DNA of 64,000 nt. It comes from Anaerolineae bacterium (GTDB taxonomy: Bacteria > Chloroflexota > Anaerolineae > JBHIEC01). Below are positions 39,623 through 49,425 of the stretch, piece after piece. Under the pieces are notes generated by a model. It was not told the origin of the DNA, made no database searches, and saw only the letters and a program-made list of their open reading frames with translations. The position numbers and the translations under genes were made by a program. Location of the stretch: positions 325 through 64,324 of the forward strand of contig JBHIEC010000001.1 in assembly GCA_046760425.1 (NCBI GenBank). The letters are read 5' to 3'. Position 1 is the first letter of the stretch. Every line of letters begins with the position of its first letter.

Positions 39623-40969
39623 TTACCTCCCTTCAGCCCGCCGACCGCGTCTGCGGGTCCAGAACACCGCTCCCAGGCCCAGCAGGCCCAACACCACCGC
39701 GCTGCTGGCTACGAGAGCCGGGCGCCGTGGATTGGCCCCACTGGCCTCCTCAGTCTCGGCAGGCACCCGGGCCGGGACGGGCGTCTCGGCCGGAGCCCTG
39801 GCCAGAGCCGTGGGCGCTGGTGTCTCCACCTGGGTCGCCGCCTGCACGGCGGAGGCGCTCAGTGGCAGCCCCAGCACGGCGGCGGCCCACTCGGCCGGCT
39901 TGTCCGTGTGGCAGATGTAGCAGGCGGTGGGCATCACTTCCTGGCCACCGTACTGCATGGTCTTGCGCGGATCGGGGGGCCAGAAGGTGTGGCTGCGGAT
40001 CTGAAAGTCGGTGACAACCAACTGGGAGATGGCGGGCATGTGACAGTCGGTGCAGAACACAGGCACATCCTTCATAAAGGGGATGTGGGCCCCCTGATCC
40101 CGCTTGCTCTCGTGGCAGATGATGCAGCGGTGGTTGCCCACCATGCGGGTCTGGTGGTCCGTCTCCCCTTTGCTGTGGGAGACGTGGCAGAAGATGCAGT
40201 TGACGCTCCGGGCGTGCTCGCCCTTCTGCCAATCCAGGTACTGCATGTGGTGCTTCTTGGCGCTGCCGTCGGGCCAGAAGTCGCCCGGATCAGTGGTGAA
40301 GATGAAGGCCTCGGCCAGGCGGGTGGGGCCGCCGGGCCGGAAGCCGACGGGGAAGGGGTACGTGCCTGACGGGTCGTGGCCCCGGCTGTGGCACTGACCG
40401 CACACCTCAGCCTGGCTCTCGAAGTCCAGGCGGGCCGGGTTGACGATCATAGTGCGGTTGCCCGTCGAGGCCACGTGATCACCGCCCGGCCCGTGACAGG
40501 CCTCACACCACACCCCCATCTCCGACCACTCCCCTGTCCAGGGGTCGTAGCCAGTGGTGTGGCAGCCCGCGCACAGCCTCCTGTAGGGCCGCGCCCGCCA
40601 GTCAGCCGGGTGATAGGGCATCCACTCGCCGGCCACCACATTCCACTCGGCCGGCAGGACGTACAGCTCCCCCTCGATCTCCGTCAGGTAGCGCTGCTTG
40701 TACTGGCCGCCGATGACGTAGCGCACCTCATGGCGGCTAAAAGTTAGGTCTGGATCCCGGGACGTGAAATCACCCAGAATCGCCTCGTCGCTGGCCTCCC
40801 GCAGCATCCGGGGATGCCAGGTCTCCTGGAAGGCAGCGTACTTGGAGGCGTGACATTGGCCGCAGGTTCTGGAGCCCACGTAGTTTGGCCCCTGAGCCCG
40901 GGCCACGGAGGATAGCAGGACGAGAAAGAGAGCAGCTATCAAACCGAGGAGGGCGGTACTACGCCGCAT
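39623..40969 (-). CDS. Multiheme c-type cytochrome (8 CxxCH) with C-terminal membrane anchor
   Basis: Signal peptide. CGQCH, CAGCH, CEACH, CGQCH, CIFCH, CIICH, CTDCH and CYICH motifs. C-terminal transmembrane helix. Confidence 0.8.
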   Translation of the reverse strand: MRRSTALLGLIAALFLVLLSSVARAQGPNYVGSRTCGQCHASKYAAFQETWHPRMLREASDEAILGDFTSRDPDLTFSRHEVRYVIGGQYKQRYLTEIEGELYVLPAEWNVVAGEWMPYHPADWRARPYRRLCAGCHTTGYDPWTGEWSEMGVWCEACHGPGGDHVASTGNRTMIVNPARLDFESQAEVCGQCHSRGHDPSGTYPFPVGFRPGGPTRLAEAFIFTTDPGDFWPDGSAKKHHMQYLDWQKGEHARSVNCIFCHVSHSKGETDHQTRMVGNHRCIICHESKRDQGAHIPFMKDVPVFCTDCHMPAISQLVVTDFQIRSHTFWPPDPRKTMQYGGQEVMPTACYICHTDKPAEWAAAVLGLPLSASAVQAATQVETPAPTALARAPAETPVPARVPAETEEASGANPRRPALVASSAVVLGLLGLGAVFWTRRRGRRAEGR

Positions 40970-40992
40970 AATCTTCTCCTAGCTCTTCCATG

Positions 40993-41652
40993 TTACGCCC
41001 CCTCCTTCAGGTAATATACCTTGGGCTCCGTTCCCAGCTCTTCCAGCAGACGGAAGGCGCGGGGGCTTCGTGCCAGCTTGGAAACCACGCTATCAGGATC
41101 GTCAAGGTCGCCGAAATAGCGGGCGTTAGCAGGGCAGGCCTGGTTGCACGCGGGCACCGGCAGGCGGTGGATGCAGAAGGTGCACTTCTCGACCACCCCC
41201 TTGGGCCGTGGCGTTGGCCCCTCCAGTCGGCCCGGCCCCTCCACCCGCTCCGGATTTATGTAGGCCTCGAGCCCTTCCGGCCACTGGGGGGCGTACCAGT
41301 TAAAGTAGCGGGCGCCGTAGGGGCAGGCCACGGTGCAGTAGCGGCAGCCGATGCAGCGGGCGTAGTTCTGCCGCACGATCCCTTCTTCGTCTTTCCAGGT
41401 GGCCCCTACGGGGCAGACCCGCACGCAGGGCGGGTTGTCGCAATGCATACAGGGCCGGGGGATGAAGCGGGCCTTGACGTGGGGGTACTCCCCCTCCACC
41501 TCGCTCAGAACCTCGTTCCAGAAGATGGCCCGTCCCATCTCGGCCTGTTCCGGCCCCACGAAGGTCACGTTGTTCTCGGCCTGGCAGGCCGCCGTGCAGG
41601 CCTGACAGGCCACGCAGCGGTCGAGATCAATGACCATACCCCAGCGCGGCAT
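40993..41652 (-). CDS. 4Fe-4S ferredoxin-type subunit of a molybdopterin oxidoreductase (PsrB/NrfC/DmsB-like)
   Basis: Four cysteine clusters (CVACQACTAAC, CMHCDNPPCVRVC, CIGCRYCTVAC, CTFC...C). Start at MPRWGMVIDLDRC. Confidence 0.8.
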   Translation of the reverse strand: MPRWGMVIDLDRCVACQACTAACQAENNVTFVGPEQAEMGRAIFWNEVLSEVEGEYPHVKARFIPRPCMHCDNPPCVRVCPVGATWKDEEGIVRQNYARCIGCRYCTVACPYGARYFNWYAPQWPEGLEAYINPERVEGPGRLEGPTPRPKGVVEKCTFCIHRLPVPACNQACPANARYFGDLDDPDSVVSKLARSPRAFRLLEELGTEPKVYYLKEGA

Positions 41653-41663
41653 ATGAGTCCTCC

Positions 41664-44084
41664 TCAGTACCCCTTGTACACCTTCACCCGCGTCGAGAAC
41701 CAGGCCGCCGTGCCCCCTAGCCGATTGTAAGCGTTGATGATCAGCCAGTTGGGGTTGACGCCTCTCCCCTGGGCCCAGCGGCCGTAGGCCCGGTGACCGA
41801 ACTCGAAGGGCATGTTCACCGTGTCCGGCCTGGCGCCCGGATAAAGCTTGACCCGCACTTTGAACCGCTCCCCCAGAGGCGACTCCACCCACACCCAATC
41901 TCCATCGTGGATGCCCAACACCTCGGCCGCCTGGGGGTTGATCTCCAGCCAGCTATCCCACTTCATGTTGACATGCAGGCCGAACTTCTCCGCTAACCAG
42001 GGGCTGTTGGCCCCCCGCCCCTCAGCATGGGCCATGACCTTGAAGGTGTTGAGGTGGAAGGGGTATTCCGCCTCGTCACCGATGTACAGGGGGGGCTCGT
42101 AGTGGGGCAGATACAGCTCGTCGCCCCGGGCCCCCACCTCCAGATCGGCCAGCATGGCCTCCAGTTCCTCGGCTGCCGAGGTGCCCTTATGAGCCGCCTC
42201 CTGCTGGGCCAGGCCCTCCAGGGTCCGCTGCAGATGCTGGGAGTAGAACTCGAAGCGGCCCGAAGGCGTATTGAAGACCCGACCCCACTGCCCGAAGAGA
42301 TAGGGCGGATCGTGCCACACACCCTTGGTGCTGAACTCGTCCCAGAAGTGGGTGAAGGTCGTGGCGCGGATGCTGCCCCGCTCCGCCTGCCACAATCCGC
42401 CTATCCGATAGTGGAGCACCTCCTGGAAGGTGGTCCAGGGGAAAGACTCGGCCATCCCCCCACCCACCCGCCGGGCGATGCGAAGCAGCACGTCGCCCGT
42501 GTTCATGGTGTTGTGGAGCGGCTCCACAGCCGGTTGTCGCAGGCTGACCACGGGGTAGCCCAGGCTGGGATCAACCACGTCGTCCTGCCAGCGCTCCAGG
42601 TAGGTGTGGTCGGGCAGAATGAGATCAGCATGGACACTGCTGTCATCCAGGAAAGGCGAGAAACTGACCACGAAAGGCACTTTCTGGATGGCCTCGTAGA
42701 AGCGGCTCACCTGGGGGGTGGAGAAGAGGGGATTGGTATAGTAAAGGAGGAGGGCCTTGACCGGATAGGGATCTTCGGCCAGGATACTGTCTGGCACCTG
42801 CTGGTAGACGTTCCTGGCCAGGGGATAGCGCCTGGTGCCAGCGTGATCCACGCGGGGCATGGCCAGCCCCTGTTCAGCGACGGCATCGGTGATCACTTCT
42901 GGCCAGGGCATGAAAGGCGGCTCCCGTTGGGTCATCACCCCGCCAGGCACCTCGAAGCTGCCCACCAGGGCGTTCAGGGCCTGGATAGCCATCCAGTTGA
43001 AGAGGCCGTTGGACTGCATGCTGATGCCCCGGCCGCCAGCGGCGATACAGGGCCGCGTGGTGGCGAACTCCTGGGCGATGCGCACGATGGTCTCGGCCGG
43101 CACGCCGGTGATGGCCTCTACCTGGCGCGGCGAGTAGTCCCGCAGCACCAGTGTCCGAAAGCCCATGTGGCTCACGCCGGCCTCATCGGTCCAATCATCG
43201 AAGCCGTGGGTGTACTTGCCCACGAAGTCCTGGTCCCATAGCTCCTCAGCAACGATGACGTGAGCTATACCCAGGGCCAGGGCGCCGTCGGTGCCAGGCT
43301 TGATAGGGATCCACTCGTCGGCCTTAGCGGCGGTGATGGACAGCCGGGGCTCGATCTGGATGAATTTGGCCCGTTTGTTGGGTCGGTCGCGGCGCATGTA
43401 GCCGAAGGCCCGCAACTGGCGGACCGTGGGCCGCGAGGCTTCCAGGAAGGCTCGACCGAAGCTCAGGACGTACATCGTGTTGTCCCAGTCGTAAGCTGAC
43501 TCGGCATGGTGGCCCTGGACGAGGTAATTGGCGATGCGCGTGCCCTCCACGCTCATGCTGCCATGGTTCACGAGGTTGGGCGTGCCATAGGCGCGGCAAA
43601 AGCGCTCGATGAGGCCCTCCATCTGGCCCTGCACCCGACCGGTCAGGAAGACCAGGCTGTGGGGCTGGCCCGCATCGCGGAGGGCCCGTAGTTCATGGGC
43701 CACGGTTTGGATGGCCTCCTCCCAGGTGATGGGCTCCCACTGCCCTGAACCTCGCTGGCCCACCTGGCGCATGGGCCCCTTTATGCGGTCAGGGTCGTAG
43801 AGGACCTGGAGTCCGGCGTTGGCCTTGGGGCAGACCTTGCCCTTGTTGATGGGATGCAGGGGGTTCCCTTCGACCTTTATCGCCCGGCCGTCAACCACGC
43901 GCACCAGGATGCCACACCCGCCGGGGCACTGCAGGCAGACGGTGGGCACCCAACGCTCGTCGTGCTGGGATGGAGCTGCTCCATCCGTCTGGGGCTGGAA
44001 GATAGGGCTCCTTAGCTTGGCCACCGCCACCGTGGCCGTCCCTGCGCCAGCGGCCTTGAGGAAGGTTCGTCGGGTGATTTTCAT
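41664..44084 (-). CDS. Molybdopterin-dependent oxidoreductase catalytic subunit (DMSO-reductase family, PsrA/PhsA/TtrA-like) with Tat signal
   Basis: Twin-arginine signal TRRTFLKAAGAG. N-terminal 4Fe-4S motif CLQCPGGCG...C. 806 aa. Confidence 0.85.
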   Translation of the reverse strand: MKITRRTFLKAAGAGTATVAVAKLRSPIFQPQTDGAAPSQHDERWVPTVCLQCPGGCGILVRVVDGRAIKVEGNPLHPINKGKVCPKANAGLQVLYDPDRIKGPMRQVGQRGSGQWEPITWEEAIQTVAHELRALRDAGQPHSLVFLTGRVQGQMEGLIERFCRAYGTPNLVNHGSMSVEGTRIANYLVQGHHAESAYDWDNTMYVLSFGRAFLEASRPTVRQLRAFGYMRRDRPNKRAKFIQIEPRLSITAAKADEWIPIKPGTDGALALGIAHVIVAEELWDQDFVGKYTHGFDDWTDEAGVSHMGFRTLVLRDYSPRQVEAITGVPAETIVRIAQEFATTRPCIAAGGRGISMQSNGLFNWMAIQALNALVGSFEVPGGVMTQREPPFMPWPEVITDAVAEQGLAMPRVDHAGTRRYPLARNVYQQVPDSILAEDPYPVKALLLYYTNPLFSTPQVSRFYEAIQKVPFVVSFSPFLDDSSVHADLILPDHTYLERWQDDVVDPSLGYPVVSLRQPAVEPLHNTMNTGDVLLRIARRVGGGMAESFPWTTFQEVLHYRIGGLWQAERGSIRATTFTHFWDEFSTKGVWHDPPYLFGQWGRVFNTPSGRFEFYSQHLQRTLEGLAQQEAAHKGTSAAEELEAMLADLEVGARGDELYLPHYEPPLYIGDEAEYPFHLNTFKVMAHAEGRGANSPWLAEKFGLHVNMKWDSWLEINPQAAEVLGIHDGDWVWVESPLGERFKVRVKLYPGARPDTVNMPFEFGHRAYGRWAQGRGVNPNWLIINAYNRLGGTAAWFSTRVKVYKGY

Positions 44085-45370
44085 CTACTCTGCCTCCTGA
44101 CCATCAGCAGGCCGGCGGCTGAGACCAGCCCCAGGGCGACGACCCCCATGGTCATGCCCTGCAACCAGGCCCGTTGCCACGATCTCCGGGCCGACGCCGC
44201 CTGATCCAGAGCGCTCTCGATGTCGGCACAGAGGGCTCTGACCAGATCGGTCTTGGACTTGATCAGTTCGGGCTGTACGGTGTGCTGCACGATCCTGGCC
44301 TCCATCAAGCGTGTCCTCGCCTGCTGGAGTTTCACCTCCTCGGCCGCCGTGGCTAGCCCCGTGCTCTGGGCCTGCCCGATGGCTGCCTCGGCCCTGGCCA
44401 GGCCCTGGGCGGCATCCGTGAGGTCCTGGTAGATGGCGTCCACCTGCTCGCGGATCAGTGTGCCGGCCCCGTGGCAACTGCCGCAGTGTCGGGGCGCGTT
44501 GCCCAGGTACATCTCTGTACTGGCCGGCGGCACGTTATAGCGGCCATGGCAGGACACGCAGCGGGGGACCTCGGGCTTCGTCACCCCGAAGCCGAGGCCG
44601 TGCCCCCCGGTCAGGTAGGCTTCGCGCACTGCGGGATGGCAATCCGCCCCGCAGATGTCAACCACCTCGGTGTAGCCGGGCAGGGAGGCCCCGTGGTTGC
44701 CGTGGCAGGTGGCACAGGTGGGAGCCCGCAGATTGTGTTCCTGCACCAGGGCGATGCCGTGCGCGCTTTCCTTAAACAGGGCGTACTGGTTGGTAGGGAT
44801 GCCGTAGGGTGCCATCAGGTCGGCGTTGGCGTGACACCGGGCGCAGGTGCCTGGCAGATTCACCGGGTAGACCGTGGAGCCCGGATCGTTGGCCTCGCGG
44901 ATGTTGTGGCCGCCGTGGCAATCGTAGCAGGTGGCCACGTTCTCATCCCCCTGGGCCAGCCGTTGGCCGTGCACGCTCTCCTGGCGGTATTGGCGCAGTT
45001 GATCTGTGGGCAGGTTGTATATCCGCATCTTCTCCGCATCGGCGTGGCACGAGCCGCACAGTTCGGGGATATCGGCCCTGCGGGGCACCCCTATAAAGCC
45101 CGCCTGGGGCGACATGGCGGCTGCCATCTCCTGAGCTGTGGGATCGCCGCCGTGGCAATCGGCGCAGCCCACCCCGCGCACAGCGTGAATACTGCCCGCC
45201 CACTCCTCAGCGACAACCTGGTTGCGGCCGCTGAGCGAGGCGTGGCAATAGAAACAGGCGTTCTCGCCCTGGCCAGGAGGGTGAGCCAGGGGTTGAGCTC
45301 CGGCCATGAAAGGTATCATGAAGCTCACGGCCAGAGACAGTATTGCTATCCCTGTTCGCCGCCGAAGCAT
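44081..45370 (-). CDS. Multiheme c-type cytochrome (about 9 CxxCH)
   Basis: ATG at MLRRRTG is preceded by GGAGGAGGTG. Homologous to the C-terminal half of the 51441..53516 cytochrome. Confidence 0.8.
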   Translation of the reverse strand: MLRRRTGIAILSLAVSFMIPFMAGAQPLAHPPGQGENACFYCHASLSGRNQVVAEEWAGSIHAVRGVGCADCHGGDPTAQEMAAAMSPQAGFIGVPRRADIPELCGSCHADAEKMRIYNLPTDQLRQYRQESVHGQRLAQGDENVATCYDCHGGHNIREANDPGSTVYPVNLPGTCARCHANADLMAPYGIPTNQYALFKESAHGIALVQEHNLRAPTCATCHGNHGASLPGYTEVVDICGADCHPAVREAYLTGGHGLGFGVTKPEVPRCVSCHGRYNVPPASTEMYLGNAPRHCGSCHGAGTLIREQVDAIYQDLTDAAQGLARAEAAIGQAQSTGLATAAEEVKLQQARTRLMEARIVQHTVQPELIKSKTDLVRALCADIESALDQAASARRSWQRAWLQGMTMGVVALGLVSAAGLLMVRRQSR

Positions 45371-45404
45371 CGGAATCACCTCCTCCACAACCCCAAAGGC
45401 AGGG

Positions 45405-45600
45405 GCTAAGCCATTCGGATCGCCTCAAGTATCAGAAACCAGGTTTTTTTGTGCCCAAAAGCAGAGAAATTAGGGCTGTTTCAGTCACGTTCCCTGGCCA
45501 GAATCCCACCTTTTCAGAGTGGGAAAAAAACCTGGTTTCTTTGCGAACATGTTCAATCTAATATTGTCAAGATAGTTACGTCGTTCGGATCGCCTCAACC
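45405..45600. repeat. About 160-bp element with a ~20-bp internal inverted repeat, flanked by a 15-bp direct repeat at the 3' end of the response-regulator gene
   Basis: TTCGGATCGCCTCAA at 45408-45422 and again at 45586-45600. Internal AGAAACCAGGTTTTTTTG ... GAAAAAAACCTGGTTTCT. Confidence 0.55.
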
Positions 45601-45917
45601 AGATCTTCCGGGCGGGTAACCGTTCTCTGCTGTCTGGAATAAATGACCAACTCATTGCTCCCCACTTTCAGGCCGATCATCCTCAGCCCCAGGCTCTCCT
45701 GGAATATGCGAGACACACCAGGTATGAGAGGCTCATCTTCGTCGTTCTCATCCACGACGAGGATGTCGGGCTGTAGGACCTTGATTCGCTCCAGGGCCCT
45801 CTGGGCATCGGTATCTATGCCCACCACCTCTATCCCTTCCTCTCCCTGGAGGAGGCTCTCCACCGCCTGGGCGAAGAGGGGGTGTCGGAGAAGGATGAAG
45901 ACCCGGTGATTTTTCAT
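45576..45917 (-). CDS. Stand-alone response-regulator receiver domain protein
   Basis: 113 aa, CheY-like (DILVVDEND). Confidence 0.6.
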   Translation of the reverse strand: MKNHRVFILLRHPLFAQAVESLLQGEEGIEVVGIDTDAQRALERIKVLQPDILVVDENDEDEPLIPGVSRIFQESLGLRMIGLKVGSNELVIYSRQQRTVTRPEDLVEAIRTT

Positions 45918-46163
45918 CTCGCACCACTCACGGGAAAGATACTGGCGACCAAATCCGTTCTGAGAATGCGTCTGGTTCAGTAATGCAGCTCACTCATCGA
46001 GCACCACATTTCCAGACGAGACTCGCCAACGGGGAAATGGGCGGGTTAGGAACAATGCCGCTCCCCCGTCGCGAGTCGCCTTGATGACTTGGCCGTCAAT
46101 CACCACGTTCGAGGCGCCATAGGTACAGTGGCCAGGCGAAGGCTATGCGACAGCACGTCAGAC

Positions 46164-46739
46164 TCAACCGAGCAGTCGCCGGCAGTCCGGGCAGTAACGT
46201 GTGATCACGCTGAGGGTGGGAGCGTACTCATCTCCCAACATGGCTCTTATCCGCCTCAGCATAGCTTCAGGCGCGATGGGGGCACCACAGGCCTCACATC
46301 GCCGATTCCGGTCCCGGTAGAGCGACACCCTTCCCTGCGGCAGGCGCTGAAGGTCTGTGGTCCGCTGCAGGTGCAGCACCCCGTTTTCTGCCTCGGGACA
46401 CCTGGGGAGGCATTGGCCGCAGGCCGTGCACAGGGCAGCATCAAAGGTGAGGGAGATGCCGCCCTCACCCCTTCCCCTCCATCCCCCCTTCCCCTCTCCC
46501 AATTCTGGGAAAAGGGAAGGGGTGAGGGCCAGCGCGCCGGTGGGACAGGCGGCCGCACACATTCCACAACCCGTGCAGCCGTCGGTCACTTCGATCACCC
46601 CGAAGGGGGAGTGGGGATGGGCCAAGGAAAACTCCGCTGCTGCCCCGTAGGCTTCCGCCAGGTGCAGCAACACTTCGACAGCAGCCTTTGGAGCAGAGGT
46701 GCTGGGGTGCGCTGCATTATGATCTGGCAGATTCACCAA
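46164..46739 (-). CDS. 4Fe-4S dicluster ferredoxin-domain protein
   Basis: CTGCGMCAAACP and CTACGQCLPRCP clusters, separated by an in-frame palindromic insertion. Confidence 0.7.
   Translation of the reverse strand: MVNLPDHNAAHPSTSAPKAAVEVLLHLAEAYGAAAEFSLAHPHSPFGVIEVTDGCTGCGMCAAACPTGALALTPSLFPELGEGKGGWRGRGEGGISLTFDAALCTACGQCLPRCPEAENGVLHLQRTTDLQRLPQGRVSLYRDRNRRCEACGAPIAPEAMLRRIRAMLGDEYAPTLSVITRYCPDCRRLLG
46462..46528. repeat. In-frame palindromic insertion in the ferredoxin gene
   Basis: CCCTCACCCCTTCCC ... GGGAAGGGGTGAGGG. Encodes GEGKGGWRGRGEGGISLT between the two iron-sulfur cluster motifs. Confidence 0.6.
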
Positions 46740-46869
46740 TCTCTGTCCCGGGGTGCCCTGATAATCCAGGCCACGAGGCTACCCAGGAACAGCACCCACA
46801 CGGTGATCGCGGAGAGCATAAAGCTTCCGCCCATGCCCGGCACGGTCAGAATTCGGGTCCAGCTCTCCA

Positions 46870-48456
46870 TTAACTCCCTCCCTCACTCGCCCCAGAAGAC
46901 GCCACCGTCTCCGGGAGGTAACTTCGCAAGCGCTCCACCGTGGCCGGGATGGCCTCCGGGGCTTCCTGCACCTCCCAGATGGAGATGATGGGGAAGAGCT
47001 TGACGAAAAGGGCGTAAATCAAGACAAAACCCGCCAAAGCTGCCGCCGTGATGGACCACTCCACCCAGGTGGGACGGTAAATGCCGATGGAATACAGCAG
47101 CATCGGCCGGGTCTCGGTGGGGACGACGATGGTGAAGCGCTCCAGCCACATCCCCAGGTCCACCAGCAGCGAAGCCACCACGGTGCCGGCGATGATGTTG
47201 CGGCGCAGAGCGGGCAGGACCGAGGCGGCGAAGAGGGCCAGCAAGATACCCAGCAGCCACAGGAGCCGCTGCGAAACCGTGGGGGTCAGCGCCAGCCCGA
47301 CCTGAGCAGTGACAGGGGCCGCCTGGCTGAACATCACTATGGCCACGGCCAGGGCAGCCACCCCCGTAGCCAGGGCATACCTGGGCCGGAATGCCGGCAG
47401 TCGCATGCGCCTGGGCGCCGGCAGGTGAGGCAGAAGCAGCACCACAAAGGCCGCCGCCATCGCCGCCACCATCCCCCAGAAGACAATCTGGTATTCCCCC
47501 CTCAGCTTGGTGTTGAAAACGGCCATCTCGTGGGGTACCCCGCCGTAGCCAGTGGTCAGGTACTCGGCGAAGGTGAAGTAAAACCACAGGGCGTTGAAGG
47601 TGATGAGCAGCAGTCCCAGGTAGCGGAAGTGAAGCGGCTTGAGGTAGCCCTCCAGGTGGAAGGCTTTGCGGATGACCGCCATGGCGATGAGGATGGTGGC
47701 AATGCCCGAGTAGATAGCGCCGATGACAAAGTAGGGGCCAAAGATGGTGCTATGCCACATCGGCTGCAGCGTCATACCGAATATCCAGGAAACCACGGTG
47801 TGCACCGAGATGGCGAGGGGGATGATGAGGATGGCCATGATGGTGATGGCTTTCTCCAGGCGGCGCCGTTGTTCGGAGCCGCCGTGCCAGCCCAGGGCCA
47901 GGGTTCGGTAGAGCCACTGCCGCCAGGCTGGAGTCGTTGCGGGCAACTGATCCCGCAGGATAGCCAGATCAGGGATCAGCGGCAGGTAAAGGTACGTGAT
48001 GCTCCCCGTAATGTACATCCCCACTGAGGTGATGTCCCACAGCAGAGGCGACTGGAAGCGGCCGCGTAGGATCAGATTGAGAAGACGGTCTGGCCGGCCC
48101 ATATCGGCGAAGATTTGCGTGAGCGCCAGGGCCAGAGCAAAGACGGTGATGGCCTCGGCCGCGCGGGTGATGGGCCGCCGCCATTCCGCCCCGGCTACTC
48201 GCAGGATGGCGCTGATCAGCGTCCCGGCATGACTGATGCCGATGAAGAAGACAAAGTTGCTAATATACAGGCCCCAATAGATGGGCCGGTTCATCCCTGT
48301 CACGCCCAACCCCTCACGGAGCTGGTGCACCCAGGCGTACAGGCCCCAGGCCACCACTGCCGATAGGGCAGTCACCACCAGCCAGTAACCCAGCCTGGTG
48401 CGCAGGATGGGTGCCAGGAGCAGCGGGTCAACCGCTCTTGTCTCACGTTTGTTCAT
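46870..48456 (-). CDS. NrfD/PsrC-family polytopic membrane subunit (quinone-interacting)
   Basis: About 528 aa, multiple transmembrane helices. Start at MNKRETRA is preceded by GGAGGAGG. Confidence 0.75.
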   Translation of the reverse strand: MNKRETRAVDPLLLAPILRTRLGYWLVVTALSAVVAWGLYAWVHQLREGLGVTGMNRPIYWGLYISNFVFFIGISHAGTLISAILRVAGAEWRRPITRAAEAITVFALALALTQIFADMGRPDRLLNLILRGRFQSPLLWDITSVGMYITGSITYLYLPLIPDLAILRDQLPATTPAWRQWLYRTLALGWHGGSEQRRRLEKAITIMAILIIPLAISVHTVVSWIFGMTLQPMWHSTIFGPYFVIGAIYSGIATILIAMAVIRKAFHLEGYLKPLHFRYLGLLLITFNALWFYFTFAEYLTTGYGGVPHEMAVFNTKLRGEYQIVFWGMVAAMAAAFVVLLLPHLPAPRRMRLPAFRPRYALATGVAALAVAIVMFSQAAPVTAQVGLALTPTVSQRLLWLLGILLALFAASVLPALRRNIIAGTVVASLLVDLGMWLERFTIVVPTETRPMLLYSIGIYRPTWVEWSITAAALAGFVLIYALFVKLFPIISIWEVQEAPEAIPATVERLRSYLPETVASSGASEGGS

Positions 48457-48477
48457 GATCCAACCTCCTCCAAGTAA

Positions 48478-48554
48478 AGCCTTGCGAAGGTTGGCCACAG
48501 CCCCAGGTGCCTGGTTGCGGTCTGCCAAGTCCGAGGAGGAAACCTTCGCAAGGC
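48478..48554. repeat. Palindromic repeat family copy c (long-loop version)
   Basis: AGCCTTGCGAAGGTT ggccacagccccaggtgcctggttgcggtctgccaagtccgaggaggaa AACCTTCGCAAGGCT. Confidence 0.65.
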
Positions 48555-48751
48555 TTCAGCTTGGAAACCGCATAAGTACTTTTAATTATAAACCCCTCTT
48601 TCCCCTACGTCTATGCCCCAATCTGGTCCTTTTGGCGCAAAAAAAGAGCTATCTTTGCGATAGCTCAAAAGGGCTATAAGGGCGGGCTTGAGTCACCCGA
48701 GGGGGCCACATCCTCCCAGAGATAAACCTCCCATATTTCGACCACCCCCCA

Positions 48752-49423
48752 CTAAGTCTCTCGAGAAGGGGCGTGCACCAATCCCTTGCGGACGGCGTAG
48801 ACGGCTGCCTGGACGCGGTTCTCCAGGTGCAGCTTGGCCAGGATGTTGCGCAGATGGTTCTTGACCGTGTTCTCGGTGATGTACAGAGCCTCAGCGATCT
48901 CGGCGTTGGACAACCCCTCAGTTACCAGTTGCAGGACTTCCCGCTCACGATCGGTCAGGGCACTGCCCGGCTCGCCCCCCCGGGGTTGCAGGCGGGTCTG
49001 GCGGGAGAACTCCCGCAGGATCTTGCTGGCCATAAGGCGCGAGATGGGCGCCTCGCCCCGGGAGACGCCCCGCAGCATCTCGAACAGCTCTTCCGGCTCC
49101 AGCTTCTTCAGAAGGTAGCCCTGCGCCCCAGCCTTGATGGCCTCAAAGAGGTCCCGGTCGTCATCGGAGACGGTGAGCATGACGATCTTGACGTAGGGCA
49201 TCTCCTCCATGATCAGCCGCGTGGCCTCCCGCCCATCGCAGACGGGCATCGTGATGTCCATGAGGATCAGATCCGGCATCAGCTCCCGCGCCCGCTCCAG
49301 GGCCTCCAGCCCATCCCCGGCCTCGCCCACCACCTCGAAATCCTCCTGGGCAGCCAGCAGGCTGGCCAATCCCTTGCGGAACAGGATGTGGTCGTCCACC
49401 AGCAACACCCGCATGGCCTCCAT
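48752..49423 (-). CDS. NarL/FixJ-family response regulator (receiver plus LuxR-type HTH)
   Basis: MRVLLVDDH...DILMD receiver domain. C-terminal LTDREREVLQLVTEGLSNAEIA helix-turn-helix. Confidence 0.85.
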   Translation of the reverse strand: MEAMRVLLVDDHILFRKGLASLLAAQEDFEVVGEAGDGLEALERARELMPDLILMDITMPVCDGREATRLIMEEMPYVKIVMLTVSDDDRDLFEAIKAGAQGYLLKKLEPEELFEMLRGVSRGEAPISRLMASKILREFSRQTRLQPRGGEPGSALTDREREVLQLVTEGLSNAEIAEALYITENTVKNHLRNILAKLHLENRVQAAVYAVRKGLVHAPSRET

Positions 49424-49425
49424 GT

